Below are positions 29,352 through 40,307 of a stretch of DNA of 64,000 bases, piece after piece. The DNA lies in NCBI GenBank assembly GCA_965218585.1, contig CBDCLE010000024.1, positions 321,037 to 385,036 of the forward strand. Reading direction: 5' to 3'. The notes beneath the pieces were generated by a model. That model ran no database searches, had not been told where the DNA came from, and saw nothing but the letters and a program-made list of their open reading frames with translations. The translations under genes were made by a program, and so were the position numbers. Source of the DNA: Terriglobia bacterium. GTDB lineage: Bacteria > Acidobacteriota > Terriglobia > 20CM-2-55-15. Numbering within the stretch: position 1 is the first letter of the stretch; each line of letters starts with the position of its first letter.

Positions 29352-29728
29352 GAGAGTCAACGGAACGCGTCAAGGGGGTGTGAAGAGTTCCATATTTATA
29401 CCTCTGAATTAACCCCTAGCGCCCCCCTATTCCCTCGCCTATTCGACTCGTACCTACCCCGTTGGGTATTGCTGCCACCCAAGCCGGAATCATCAATCAT
29501 CCTCGGCACGGCGGAGTATATGTCACTGGGGCAGGCCAAGCGGGACGCCCTGGATGAAATCCTAGTCTCGGCGTTGAGAATTGGGTTGTTTCCGATACAT
29601 CCGGTCTATAGACTCAGTCTGACTTTTTTCACGTGTCCAAACTGATTAAATAGCGGCGGAACCCGGCATTTAGCTCGGCCATCAGCCTGCCGCCACCGCA
29701 GGCCATCCACTTCGAAGAGGCGAGAACG

Positions 29729-31162
29729 ATGAAGACGATCTTCTATGCAGCAGTTGGCGTAGTGGTAATAGTTTTATGGGGTTGTGCCCCTGAAACAGCG
29801 GTTGATCGCTACGATCTCGTTGTACAGGGTGGACGGGTAATGGACCCGGAATCCGGTCTGGATGCAGTCCGTAACGTAGGTATCCGAGACGGACAGATTG
29901 CGGAGATCAGTTCAAATCCTCTTTCGGCAGTACAGATTATCGATGCCACGGGTCTCGTCGTTGCTCCTGGTTTCATTGACTTGCATATCCACTCGCCGTC
30001 CGAGGAATCATTCCGCCTAATGGTTCAGGATGGTGTCACGACTGCGTTTGAGCTTGAGGTAGGTACAGCGGACATCTCCACCTGGTATGGCGAGCGCGAG
30101 GGAGGACAATTCCTGAACTATGGCGTCAGCATCGGACATATTCCCGTCCGCATGAGGGTCATGGGTGATGAAGGGGACTTCCTGCCAAGCGGACCGGGCG
30201 GGAGTCGGCGAGCGACCCAGGACGAGATAGCAGAGATGGAAGGGTTGATCGAGGAAGGCCTCGAGCAGGGAGCGGTTGCGGTTGGTTTCGGTCTGGCCTA
30301 CACACCCGCGGCGACAACGGCCGAATTTGAATCAATGTTGCAGGTCGCAGCCGATCATGGTGCGTCGGCTCACATCCATCTGAGAGGCGGCATGGACGGT
30401 TTGAACGAAGCGATAGATACGGCATCGGCCACAGGCGCTTCGTTGCACATCGTCCACATTAATTCCAGCGGAGGTGGGTCCACTGCCGAATTTCTCGGGA
30501 GAATTGATGAGGCCCGTAGCACCGGTCAAGACGTGACCACCGAGGCCTATCCCTACGAAGCAGGTTCGTCGAGGATTGAATCTGCAATCTACGACGACTG
30601 GGAGTCCTGGGAAGACGATCGTTTCATAATGTATCAGTGGGTCGAAACCGGGGAACGACTCACTCGAGACAGTTTCGCCCGATATAGGGCGCAAGGCGGC
30701 AGGGTGATCAGCCATACCCGCACAGAGGAAATGACTCGGACAGCTATTGAGAGCCCGCTCACTGTGATCGCCAGCGATGGGGGAATACGAGATGGGCAAG
30801 GCCATCCCCGTAGTTCGGGGACATATTCAAAGGTGCTCGGAAAGTACGTGCGCGAGGACGGAGTCCTTACTCTGATGGATGCGCTGCGAAAAATGACGAT
30901 CGAGCCTGCGCGGCGTCTGGGAGAGTACATACCCTCAATGGACAGGAAAGGGCGACTTAGCCTGGGCAGTGATGCCGACATTACGATATTTGACTCTCGG
31001 ACGGTGATCGACCAGGCAACGTACACTGATCCAACCCTCCCGTCACTGGGAATCCAACATGTACTGATTAATGGCGTGCCCGTGGTGGAGGATGGTGAAC
31101 TTGTGCCCGACGTCCGGCCCGGACGTCCGGCCCGGACGTGCGATCAGAGCACCGTGACTTGA
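29729..31162 (+). CDS. N-acyl-D-amino-acid deacylase-like amidohydrolase (lipoprotein)
   Basis: Lipobox LWGC; APGFIDLHIH, IASDG, HPRSSGTY and KGRLSLGSDADITIFD motifs. Confidence 0.88.
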   Translation: MKTIFYAAVGVVVIVLWGCAPETAVDRYDLVVQGGRVMDPESGLDAVRNVGIRDGQIAEISSNPLSAVQIIDATGLVVAPGFIDLHIHSPSEESFRLMVQDGVTTAFELEVGTADISTWYGEREGGQFLNYGVSIGHIPVRMRVMGDEGDFLPSGPGGSRRATQDEIAEMEGLIEEGLEQGAVAVGFGLAYTPAATTAEFESMLQVAADHGASAHIHLRGGMDGLNEAIDTASATGASLHIVHINSSGGGSTAEFLGRIDEARSTGQDVTTEAYPYEAGSSRIESAIYDDWESWEDDRFIMYQWVETGERLTRDSFARYRAQGGRVISHTRTEEMTRTAIESPLTVIASDGGIRDGQGHPRSSGTYSKVLGKYVREDGVLTLMDALRKMTIEPARRLGEYIPSMDRKGRLSLGSDADITIFDSRTVIDQATYTDPTLPSLGIQHVLINGVPVVEDGELVPDVRPGRPARTCDQSTVT

Positions 31163-31328
31163 ACGCGATCAAACACTCGGCTTCCGATACGCCAATTCTA
31201 TGCGCGATAGATGTAGTCGAAGACCATGCAAAAGCAGAAACCAACAACCTCGCCTCGTACCTGCGTAGAAGGGAACTGGTGGGTGCAGACCCGACCAGCA
31301 CGGTGTTGAAGGGGCTAGAGGAGGACTA

Positions 31329-32714
31329 ATGAAGAAGAGGTGTCTTTTCGTTCTCATATTGGTGCTCATCGCACAGCAATCCTGGGCGCAAGGCGACATC
31401 GCCTCCCTGCAAGACGAGGCCGTCGAGTGGCTGCAGGACTACGTTCGCGTCAACACCATTAACCCTCCCGGAAACGAGATAGCCGGCGCCGAGTTTCTGG
31501 CACAGATTTTTGACATAGAAGGTATTGATTACGAGATTGCTGAGTCAGCTCCGGGTCGTGGCAATATCTGGGCCCGACTGGAAGGCGGTGACGAACCGGC
31601 CCTCATACTCCTGCACCACATGGACGTTGTTCCTGCGGATCGGGAATACTGGCTGACGGATCCTCTCCCTGGCGAAATCCTCGACGGCCATGTATACGGA
31701 CGGGGAACCCTTGACACCAAGACGAGCGGAATTATTCATCTCGCAGCCTTTATTGAAATGCATCGGCAGGGGACTCCGCTCTCCAGAGACTTGATCTTCA
31801 TGGCGACTGCCGATGAGGAGGCGGGTGGTAATTTCGGTGTCGGATGGCTGGTGGAAAACCGTCCGGAGCTGTTTGAAAATGTAGGTTTTGTGCTCAACGA
31901 GGGCGGTGGTGGAGGGGAGGACGAAGGTCGTGCCCAGTTTGGTATAGAGGTCACCCAGAAGGTTCCGTATTGGTTCCGGCTCAGTGCACAAGGTGAACCG
32001 AGTCACGGTTCCCGCCCCCTGCAGTCATCTGCCGTAACCGATCTGATTGCGGCACTGGAACGGCTCCGGGAGTACGAGTTCGAACCCCGGATCGTACCGG
32101 CCGTGGATGCATTTTTCCGAGGCCTCGCAGCTACGACCGCGACTAACTGGCAGGATCACTTCTCAGATATCGCAGCTGCCATTCGTGTTCCCGGTGTTGC
32201 GTCTCAGCTGCAGCGGGAAAATCCAGGAATGCACGCGCTAATCCGGAATACCTGCTCCCTCACCCGGCTCGGTGGAAGTGACAAGATCAACGTTGTCCCG
32301 CCCGAGGCATGGGCAGAACTGGATTGCCGGCTGCTGCCTGACCAGGACCCGGAAGCATTCCTGAGTGAGCTGGGTGACGTGTTGGGCGATGATATTGCGG
32401 TCGAAACGATCCTTGGATTCACCCCAGCAGTTTCATCAATAGACACCGACCTGTATCGCGTTCTGGAGAGTGTCAGCACGGAGTACTTCCCAGGGGCGCC
32501 CGTGGTGCCTGCAGTCTCTACAGGATTTACGGACAGTCACTTTCTCCGCGACCTTGCCATCACGGCTTATGGCTACGAGCCAACCGTCGTTCCGCTTGCG
32601 GACGAAGCCGGTGTGCATGGGAACAATGAGCGCATTTCCGTAGAAAACGTCCAGAGGGGTGTGGCGATGATGCTGGATATTCTTGAGAGCTTTGTAAGCA
32701 ACATTCGTAACTGA
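31329..32714 (+). CDS. Exported M20 family peptidase/aminoacylase
   Basis: HHMDVVP, GRGTLDTK, ADEEAGG and HGNNE motifs. Confidence 0.9.
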   Translation: MKKRCLFVLILVLIAQQSWAQGDIASLQDEAVEWLQDYVRVNTINPPGNEIAGAEFLAQIFDIEGIDYEIAESAPGRGNIWARLEGGDEPALILLHHMDVVPADREYWLTDPLPGEILDGHVYGRGTLDTKTSGIIHLAAFIEMHRQGTPLSRDLIFMATADEEAGGNFGVGWLVENRPELFENVGFVLNEGGGGGEDEGRAQFGIEVTQKVPYWFRLSAQGEPSHGSRPLQSSAVTDLIAALERLREYEFEPRIVPAVDAFFRGLAATTATNWQDHFSDIAAAIRVPGVASQLQRENPGMHALIRNTCSLTRLGGSDKINVVPPEAWAELDCRLLPDQDPEAFLSELGDVLGDDIAVETILGFTPAVSSIDTDLYRVLESVSTEYFPGAPVVPAVSTGFTDSHFLRDLAITAYGYEPTVVPLADEAGVHGNNERISVENVQRGVAMMLDILESFVSNIRN

Positions 32715-32910
32715 GTTGCTCGCTTGCCAAAAAAAGAGATTGATCGTGTGTGCAACCGACGATGAGAGGCAAGCTGGAGATCGAATCTTGAGCATGGAAC
32801 CCGCACAGCACTCGGCCCATACGAGATCCTTGTGCTCCTAGGCAGGGTGGAATGGGCGAGGCGTATCGCGCTAACGGCAAGCACGGAGAGCCGCAGCGCG
32901 ACAGTCAGCC

Positions 32911-33930
32911 TCACCTCCGCGTTCCGTTTTCCTTGGCGTATCGCGCCACCTCCTCATGAGTGGCGAACCAGACGTCCGGAAGGGACCGCATGTACTGGAT
33001 GAGCTCCTCCAGCATCGTGATTCGCGAACGGTGGCCGATGATCTGCGGATGCATGGTCAACAGGAAAAGTCCGCCCTCTTCGTAGGCCATGTCGAACTCA
33101 GTGCTCCAGATCTCGTAGACGCCGCTAGGTGGTGTATAGGGGCGAATGTCGCTGTAGCGGTCCATGCCGAAGTAGGGATAGTCGTCCAGAATCCATTCCA
33201 CGGGGAGCTCTATCACTCCGGTGGCCTCACCACTCGCCAGAATCTCGTAAGGCACGTCGTCGGCCATGAGGCTGCTGTCGTAGAAGAGTCCGAACTCGCG
33301 GATAAGGTCCAGGGTACTCTCGCTGTATTCCCACGACGGGGCACGAATGCCCACTGGCCGGCGGCCTGAGATTTCTTCGAGCGTATCGAGAGATCGTTGC
33401 ATGAGCATTCGCTCCTCGCCTCTCTCGAGCGTCGAGGTAAACTCATGAATCCAACCGTGGAGGCCCACTTCGTGTCCGGCATCAGCGATCCGCTTCACCT
33501 CTTCCGAGTAGAGTTCGGCGCTCACCGCGGGGATAAAAAATGTCGCCTTGATGTCGTACCGCTCAAGCAGGTCGAGTACTCGGGGAAGCCCAGCCCGGGC
33601 GCCGTATTGGCCGGTTGAGAACCGGGACGACGATGTGGTGCCGCTGCGCAGCAGCAGCGTCTCGGTATCCAAATCGAAGGAGAGCGTAACCGCAACTTTG
33701 CCTCCGTCGGGCCAGGACTCCGGAAGGAGCCGTGGTCCGGCGCGGACTCCCTCTACCGCCCCACGCCAGCGCGACTCCGGCCACGTCCACGAAGGTTCGT
33801 CTTGGGCAGCAACCTGCGCAAAGGTAGTCAGAGCGGGCGTGAGCCCGAACATCATGATCAGGAAAAACGACCAAGCAAAATGGCCTGGCGCGATGGACCC
33901 TATGAGCGGAGCGTAGTTTTTCAATGCCAT
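32911..33930 (-). CDS. Exported polysaccharide deacetylase (CE4, PuuE/PgdA-like)
   Basis: LSFDLD, HEVGLHGWIHE, GIRAPSW and LTMHP motifs. Confidence 0.88.
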   Translation of the reverse strand: MALKNYAPLIGSIAPGHFAWSFFLIMMFGLTPALTTFAQVAAQDEPSWTWPESRWRGAVEGVRAGPRLLPESWPDGGKVAVTLSFDLDTETLLLRSGTTSSSRFSTGQYGARAGLPRVLDLLERYDIKATFFIPAVSAELYSEEVKRIADAGHEVGLHGWIHEFTSTLERGEERMLMQRSLDTLEEISGRRPVGIRAPSWEYSESTLDLIREFGLFYDSSLMADDVPYEILASGEATGVIELPVEWILDDYPYFGMDRYSDIRPYTPPSGVYEIWSTEFDMAYEEGGLFLLTMHPQIIGHRSRITMLEELIQYMRSLPDVWFATHEEVARYAKENGTRR

Positions 33931-34251
33931 GGTTTTCCTCAGCTGTTCTTCTTGTGGGACGGATTTCTGCTACCGACCGGTCACGATTTGGTAAGCCTCC
34001 GTGATCAAGTTAGTTCGTTTTGCAGCAGATCCAAGAAGAGAATCAAATCGGCTCTTTTCCCAACAATACTTGGGGGTGGCCCGGAATGAGAATGTCAAAG
34101 TCCAGCTGAGGATAGTCAATATAAGAGCGCTCTCGCAATGAAAATGGGGCCACGTCCGCGATTTCATGGCTCGACAGATCGGATCGGAGGCAATCCACTT
34201 CCCTGTAGTGGTGGTGCCAAACCAGAGAAGTGATGACGCTCGCGACTTTCA

Positions 34252-34280
34252 TTGACGGTAACCATCTGGTTTTATAGACT
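34252..34280 (+). promoter_or_regulatory. Putative sigma70 promoter of the 34375 amidohydrolase
   Basis: TTGACG-N17-TAGACT about 95 nt upstream of the ATG. Confidence 0.5.
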
Positions 34281-34374
34281 TGCTCAAATTTTCCTCTAAA
34301 GAATCGACAGCCTCGGAAGGAGACTTGAAGCCCTCCTGTGAAGCCGAGGCATTCCGAGTCGCGGGAGGTTTCGA

Positions 34375-36075
34375 ATGGCTGGATATTCACGTCGAGATTT
34401 CATCGGGTCAGGAGCCGCGATGACTGCAGCGTTCGGTTTCGGATTGCCAGTGGGAAGGATATTGGCTTCCCCACCCCAGGGACAGAGCGACACGGCCGAC
34501 CCCGATCTTGTGCTCGTCAACGGTCGCATCTTTACTATCGACGGCGAGCAACCGCGAGCTGAAGCCTTGGCTGTGAAAAACGGCCGTTTCATCGCTGTGG
34601 GTTCGAATGATGACATCCGTCCGCTCGCCACGCGAAATACAGAAGTTATCGACGCCGAAGGAATGACGGTAACGCCTGGCTTCATTGACGCGCATTCACA
34701 CCCTTCCGGAGCCGGCGTGGACGAGCTAGTCCAGGTCAACGTCGATCTCCGATCGATCTCCGAAATCAAAGAAGCGCTTCGCGATCGTGCTTCTATCACA
34801 CCGGAAGATGAATGGGTCATCGGATTCAAGTACGACGACACAAAACTTCGGGAAGGCCGGCCCTTGAACAGAACAGACCTCGACGAAGCGGTGCCCAGAA
34901 ACCCGGTGATGGTGCGACATCGCGGAGGACACACGGCTGTCCACAACAGCAAGGCCTTCGCGCTTGCCGGTGTCACGGCCGAGACCCCGGATCCTGAGGG
35001 TGGGGCGTTCTACAGAGAGAACGGAGAATTGACCGGCAGAGTTGCTGAGGAAGCGCGGAATGTCTTCGACGGACTGATTCCTTCGGGATTAACCCGGGAA
35101 CAACGTCAGGCTGGAGTCCGGCTCATTTCTGAGCTGATGACGAAATCGGGCCTCACGTCAGTCCACCAGACCGGTGGCGGCACGGACGATATGATCGCCT
35201 ACCAGGACGCACGGGTTGCCGGCGAGATGCGTTTTCGAATGTATCTGTTCCCGCGAGGCGACTTGATTCGAAATCTCAAAGCAGCAGGCGTCCGGACCGG
35301 TTTCGGCGATGAATGGCTTCGGATCGGAGCGGTCAAGTACGCCGCAGACGGTTCCGCGTCCGAACGCACGATGCGGATGAGCACGCCCTACGTCGGACGT
35401 CCCGACGACTACGGCATCCTTACGATGTCGCAAGAAGAGATCCACGAGGTTGCTGAGGACGCCCATCGGAACGGCTTCCAAATCGCCATTCACGCCAACG
35501 GTGATGTGACAATCGACATGGTGCTGAATGCGTACGAGCGTGTCCAGCGACTGTGGCCAAGACCGGACGCGCGGCACCGTATCGAACACTGCTCTCTGGT
35601 GAACCCGGGCTTACTCGAAAGGATCAAAGCCGTTGGTGTCATTCCCGCGCCCTTCTATACGTACATCCACTACCACGGCAACAAGTGGGTGGAGTATGGG
35701 CCGGAGAAGATGCGGTGGATGTTCGCGCACCGATCGTTCCTGGACTACAATATTCCGGTGGCACCCGCGTCCGACTACACACCTGGACCGTACGAACCGT
35801 TGATGGCGATCCAGAGCATGGTTACCCGAAAGGATTTCGACGGACGCGTCTGGGGCCCGAACCAGCGCGTGAGTGTTGATGAGGCAATGCGTATCTGTAC
35901 GATGAACGGAGCCTATGCATCGTTTGAAGAAGGGATCAAAGGATCGATAACCGCGGGTAAGCTGGCGGATTTCGTCATCCTTGCGGACGACCCGCATGAA
36001 ATCGATCCGGACCGTATAAAGGAGATCCAGATCGTTAGGACCGTAGTCGGTGGGGAGACAATGTACGCGGCGTAG
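34375..36075 (+). CDS. Tat-exported amidohydrolase 3 (YtcJ-like)
   Basis: SRRDFI Tat leader; PGFIDAHSH, HANGD, RIEHCS, ASD and KGSITAGKLADFV motifs. Confidence 0.92.
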   Translation: MAGYSRRDFIGSGAAMTAAFGFGLPVGRILASPPQGQSDTADPDLVLVNGRIFTIDGEQPRAEALAVKNGRFIAVGSNDDIRPLATRNTEVIDAEGMTVTPGFIDAHSHPSGAGVDELVQVNVDLRSISEIKEALRDRASITPEDEWVIGFKYDDTKLREGRPLNRTDLDEAVPRNPVMVRHRGGHTAVHNSKAFALAGVTAETPDPEGGAFYRENGELTGRVAEEARNVFDGLIPSGLTREQRQAGVRLISELMTKSGLTSVHQTGGGTDDMIAYQDARVAGEMRFRMYLFPRGDLIRNLKAAGVRTGFGDEWLRIGAVKYAADGSASERTMRMSTPYVGRPDDYGILTMSQEEIHEVAEDAHRNGFQIAIHANGDVTIDMVLNAYERVQRLWPRPDARHRIEHCSLVNPGLLERIKAVGVIPAPFYTYIHYHGNKWVEYGPEKMRWMFAHRSFLDYNIPVAPASDYTPGPYEPLMAIQSMVTRKDFDGRVWGPNQRVSVDEAMRICTMNGAYASFEEGIKGSITAGKLADFVILADDPHEIDPDRIKEIQIVRTVVGGETMYAA

Positions 36076-36145
36076 TTTGTGTTTGGCAAGACGATGAGCC
36101 AAAAGCTCGGTCAGCTTCGTCTGACCAGGGTGTAACTCGCCGAAC

Positions 36146-36820
36146 CTAGTTCACCGCGAAACAGTACAAGAGGCCGGCGCCGCCCGTGCTGACCAGGTTC
36201 TCCTGGCTGCAACCAGCACTGGAATGGGAAGAATTCCACGAATTGTCCTGGAAGCCTATCCGGTCGTGATGTCCAAGCTGCGCGCTGCCCTGACCATCGG
36301 CTGAGCTTGACCAGTTCGAACAAGTGTGGTCTTCACCGTCTGTAAGCGCCCGCCCGTCGGCCGTGGAGCCGGTCAGAATGTCATGCTGGTTTGGCCGGTC
36401 AAACTGACCATTAATGACTTCGCCATTCTGGTCCAGGGCATGAAACGCATGCATCCCGTTGCCGCGGCGTGCGAGCTCCAATGTGTCACCGTGAAGATGC
36501 GCGAGATCCCGCGCAATCAAGAACCCGTTCGCGTTATGCCAGGGACCGTCGCCGATCCGGTCGCGTGCATTGACCGCGCCCGGGCCTTGAGTGCTGAGAT
36601 ACGCGCGCCATGTAACCTCACCACGTCCGGCAGCACCAGCCAACGCTTGGCAATGAGCATCTGCTCCCGCAAGGCCGCCGAGATCAGCTCCGTTGCCCAA
36701 GCCGACGCTCGTCACAAAGAAGCTCATCGGCTCTGGCTGATCTTGCTGCGCGAGGGTTGAGGGCACGGCGATGATGGCCGACGCCAGGACAACTGCCAGT
36801 AGTGTTGGAATTTCTTTCAT
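36146..36820 (-). CDS. Exported lectin-like protein (endostatin/NC10-like fold)
   Basis: FFVTS..GADLGGLAGADAHCQALA..WRAYLS..ARDRIG..HDILTGS..LYCFA. Confidence 0.75.
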   Translation of the reverse strand: MKEIPTLLAVVLASAIIAVPSTLAQQDQPEPMSFFVTSVGLGNGADLGGLAGADAHCQALAGAAGRGEVTWRAYLSTQGPGAVNARDRIGDGPWHNANGFLIARDLAHLHGDTLELARRGNGMHAFHALDQNGEVINGQFDRPNQHDILTGSTADGRALTDGEDHTCSNWSSSADGQGSAQLGHHDRIGFQDNSWNSSHSSAGCSQENLVSTGGAGLLYCFAVN

Positions 36821-37155
36821 TTTTCATCCTTTTGTGCCGACGAGCCGCGCTCGTGGCTTGGTTTCTGTTCGGCGAACATTCAGGGGAAGGCTCGGCCCTC
36901 AGACGCCGTAAGCAGGTCCTATATTACTCACCTCCGCATTAGGCACATCAAACAAATTCTGATCCGAGGCGACAGAAATCAGCGATCATTCATTGAAGCT
37001 GGCTCAGGCTTTTCCGCAGGTGTCATCCTGGAGAAATGGTGCCGCTGTCGAACGTATCGAGTTCAGGCCCTGTTAATCCGTCTCTTAGGAGGCGTTGAAG
37101 AAGGTGGTAGAGACGAACTGATCCGGGGACCCCAGTTGTGGATAATATAGTCATC

Positions 37156-38079
37156 ATGAGTAATACGACGACAAGACACGAAGTGCGGATTGTAGGGGTA
37201 CCGATGGATTTAGGCGCAGGACGGCGGGGTGTGGATATGGGCCCATCCGCTATTCGTTTCGCCGGCCTTTCCGCTGGCCTTCGCAGATTAGGAAACAACG
37301 TGAAATACGAAGGCAACATTTCCGTTCCGATTCCGGAAGCAAAAACACCTGGGCGGGGTTTGAAGTATCGTCGTGAAATTCTAAAGGTCTGTAACTCTTT
37401 AGCCCAACATGTAGAAAAAATCATCGAAGCTGGCGCGTTCCCGATTGTGTTGGGCGGTGACCATTCGATCGCGATGGGAACGGTCAGTGGAATATCCAAT
37501 CATTACCGGAAGAAAAATCGAAATATCGGACTTATTTATGTTGATGCCCACGGTGACATGAATACTCCAGACACCTCACCGAGCGGCAATATCCATGGCA
37601 TGCCCCTGGCGGCATTGCTTGGGATCGGTCCCGAAGAACTCACCAACATCCATGGTTTCTCTCCCAAAGTAAAACGAGAAAACACAGCATTAATTGGTAT
37701 CCGCGCGATTGACTCCACGGAACGCGAAGTTATCAAACAATCGGGAATTCATGCATTTACCATGCGTGAAATTGACGAACGCGGTATCGGCGAGGTCATA
37801 CGGGAGGTCTTAGACATCGTCAACGATGGGACAGCTGGCTTTCATCTTTCTTTTGATCTTGACGGACTAGACCCAGAAATCGCCCCTGGCGTGGGAACAC
37901 CTGTCAGAGGTGGAATCAACTTTCGCGAAGCACACACCCTAATGGAAATGATTGCGGATAATGGCCGCATGTTGGGCTTGGAAATGGTCGAACTCAATCC
38001 CATCCTGGACAACCACAATACGACGGGGGAACTTGCGGTCGATCTGATTTTATCTTCCCTCGGACAAAGTATCTTGTAG
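37156..38079 (+). CDS. rocF: Arginase
   Basis: GVDMGP, LGGDHSIA, DAHGDMN, SGNIHGMP, SFDLDGLDP and VELNP motifs. Confidence 0.92.
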   Translation: MSNTTTRHEVRIVGVPMDLGAGRRGVDMGPSAIRFAGLSAGLRRLGNNVKYEGNISVPIPEAKTPGRGLKYRREILKVCNSLAQHVEKIIEAGAFPIVLGGDHSIAMGTVSGISNHYRKKNRNIGLIYVDAHGDMNTPDTSPSGNIHGMPLAALLGIGPEELTNIHGFSPKVKRENTALIGIRAIDSTEREVIKQSGIHAFTMREIDERGIGEVIREVLDIVNDGTAGFHLSFDLDGLDPEIAPGVGTPVRGGINFREAHTLMEMIADNGRMLGLEMVELNPILDNHNTTGELAVDLILSSLGQSIL

Positions 38080-38232
38080 GGAGAAATCATTCGAGAGTTC
38101 CGTCGAGACGGGGACCGTTAGTTTTAAATGATTTAAGCTTTGTTCTCTAATCGCGACAAACATGCTTTGAAACCTTGAACCCAGATTAGATTGGGGGCGT
38201 TGCGGCACCGGCTGCAGAAATGGGGGGATGAT

Positions 38233-38433
38233 ATGGCCGATTTGGCTTTGATCTACGGGTTGCGGCTTTTACCTGTCGAAGAACTGGAGGCCGTCGAGGA
38301 TGCGGTTGTTAAATTGAAGAACGGGAAGAGGGCTCGCGTTACCATGCACCTGCTTCACGGAGATCAAAGCAGTGTCCAAAATCAGCTCGCTCAAAGTATT
38401 GAAGCGTTCTTCGACTTTTATCCGGAGCTATAA
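38233..38433 (+). CDS. Small hypothetical protein (66 aa)
   Basis: G-rich RBS before the ATG; protein-like composition. Confidence 0.6.
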   Translation: MADLALIYGLRLLPVEELEAVEDAVVKLKNGKRARVTMHLLHGDQSSVQNQLAQSIEAFFDFYPEL

Positions 38434-38475
38434 GACGTTTTCGGGTTCTAGCTAGGGTCGTTTTTGCGCGTTGCG

Positions 38476-40149
38476 TCAGCGTGCGTCCGCGTACGCCGTG
38501 TTCAGCGTATAAGCTTGTATCGCTTCCTCCACAGTCAGTTTTTCCTGTGGGAACCATCCGCCTTCCGGCCCTCCGGAGAGTGTCTTGCGCGTCACAGCCG
38601 CATACATGCCGAGCATCGTGTTCAGGTAGTAGCGTGACGCGTTGGTACCGGGTGAATCCGAGCCGAAGCTCACGATACCGCCGGAATCCCACTGGCGACG
38701 GAACGCATAGGCGCCGCGCGATCGGTCACGGCCGATTCGCTCCTCCATCCAGCGCATATCATCGGATGTGTGGTAGGGCTGCACCTCGAATACGACCTGC
38801 ATCGCCCCACCTCTTTCGATATCACGATCGGTCATAACCTGCGCATGAACGAGCCGAAAGCGTCGGTCCTTCACACCGTTCTTGGCGATGATGCGCTCGA
38901 GCATGTCCATGAGGTATCCGTTCGCCTCGTCGCCGATCGCGTGCACGGTCAACTGGATGCCCGCTCGATCAGCCTCGAGCGCCAGTCGCTCGAGCCGGCT
39001 CTGCATATCTTCCGGATTGTCGGGACTGCGCTCGAACGGGAACATGATGTCGCGCCAGATACCGCGACTCGACGGATTGTGGGTATACGGCTCGTAGAAC
39101 CGCGCCGAGCTGTTACCCATGATCCCGTCGATCCAGGCCTTGAGGGCACCGAAGCGGATCCATTCGTCGCCGAATCCCACACGCATGCCCAGGTCGGACA
39201 TGGACTCCCATCTGTCCAGGGGAGGGCGATACCGGACGCGGGCGGTCATCAGGCCTTGCTCGCGCATTTCCCGGTAGATATCGACGTAGATCGGATCGGA
39301 AGTTACATCCGAATAACTTGTAACGCCCACGCTCGCCATCTGCCTCCAACCCTCCCGCGTCTCGGCAACACGTTGCTCGCGTGAAGGCGCCGGGATAATG
39401 TCGTCAAACAGGGCGCGCACGTTGTCGCGTACGAGGACCGTCGATTCGAGGGCCCCGGACACCGGATTGAACAATGCACCGGTCGGTTCGCCGTCCGGTG
39501 ACCGCTCGACTGAGATGCTTTCGGGGTCCGGCGTGCCTCGCCCGATGCCCGCAAGTTCCAGCGCTCGACCGTTGGCCATGTAGATCTTGCGATCGAAGCG
39601 CCTCACCAGCACCGGTCGGTCCCCGGTGAAGCTGTCTATCATTCCGCGGTTCGGCAGAAACAGGTTGCCGTACAGGTCATCCGGGTTTACCTGCCTGCCC
39701 GCTTCACCGACGCCACCCTCCTCCCAGGTTTCGTAAGCGGACCAGTCTCCACCGGTGATCCAGGTGCCCGGCGCGTACCGTAGGTCCACCTCGCGGACGC
39801 GCGAGACGAATGCGGCCTCGTCAGACACATCGAGAAGGTTCAGGCCGTACAACAGCCGTCCCGTGCTCTCGAAATGCACGTGGTTATCGTTGTATCCGGG
39901 CGTGAGGAGTCGTCCTGCGAGATCGATGACGCGAGTGTCGCTGCCGATGTAGTCACCGACGCCGTCGTCTGAACCGACATAGATGATCTGACCACCCACA
40001 GAGGCGACCGCCTCTGCGCGGGGGTTGTCCTCATCCACTGTCCAGATGACGCCGTTACGCAGAACGAGATCGGCCTCCTGAGCCTCGACGCTGAGGGTCC
40101 CGACCGCCGACAGCATGATCAGAGCAATTGCGTTTCTTGTCGATATCAT
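38476..40149 (-). pseudogene. Exported amidohydrolase 3 (YtcJ-like), 3'-truncated
   Basis: PGYNDNHVH, HAIGD, RLVHAQ and FGSD are present, but the protein ends at YTLNTAYADAR without the GSIxxGKLAD tail seen in the 34375 paralog. Confidence 0.72.
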
Positions 40150-40307
40150 GAGATTACCGCCAGTTTAGTCATTGTGGTTGTCCAGAACCCTGCTGCCAAT
40201 TCTATAATTTTACTCGGCTATTGAATTTTAGAAGCAGACGGTGTCAGTGCCGCTCATGAACAAATGATTACCAATCGCGATTCTAACGCGCAAGGAGGAA
40301 GAGAACC

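Noticed and set aside
31109-31139. 13-bp tandem repeat GACGTCCGGCCCG
   Set aside because: It encodes VRPGRPAR, a usual C-terminal motif of this amidohydrolase family.
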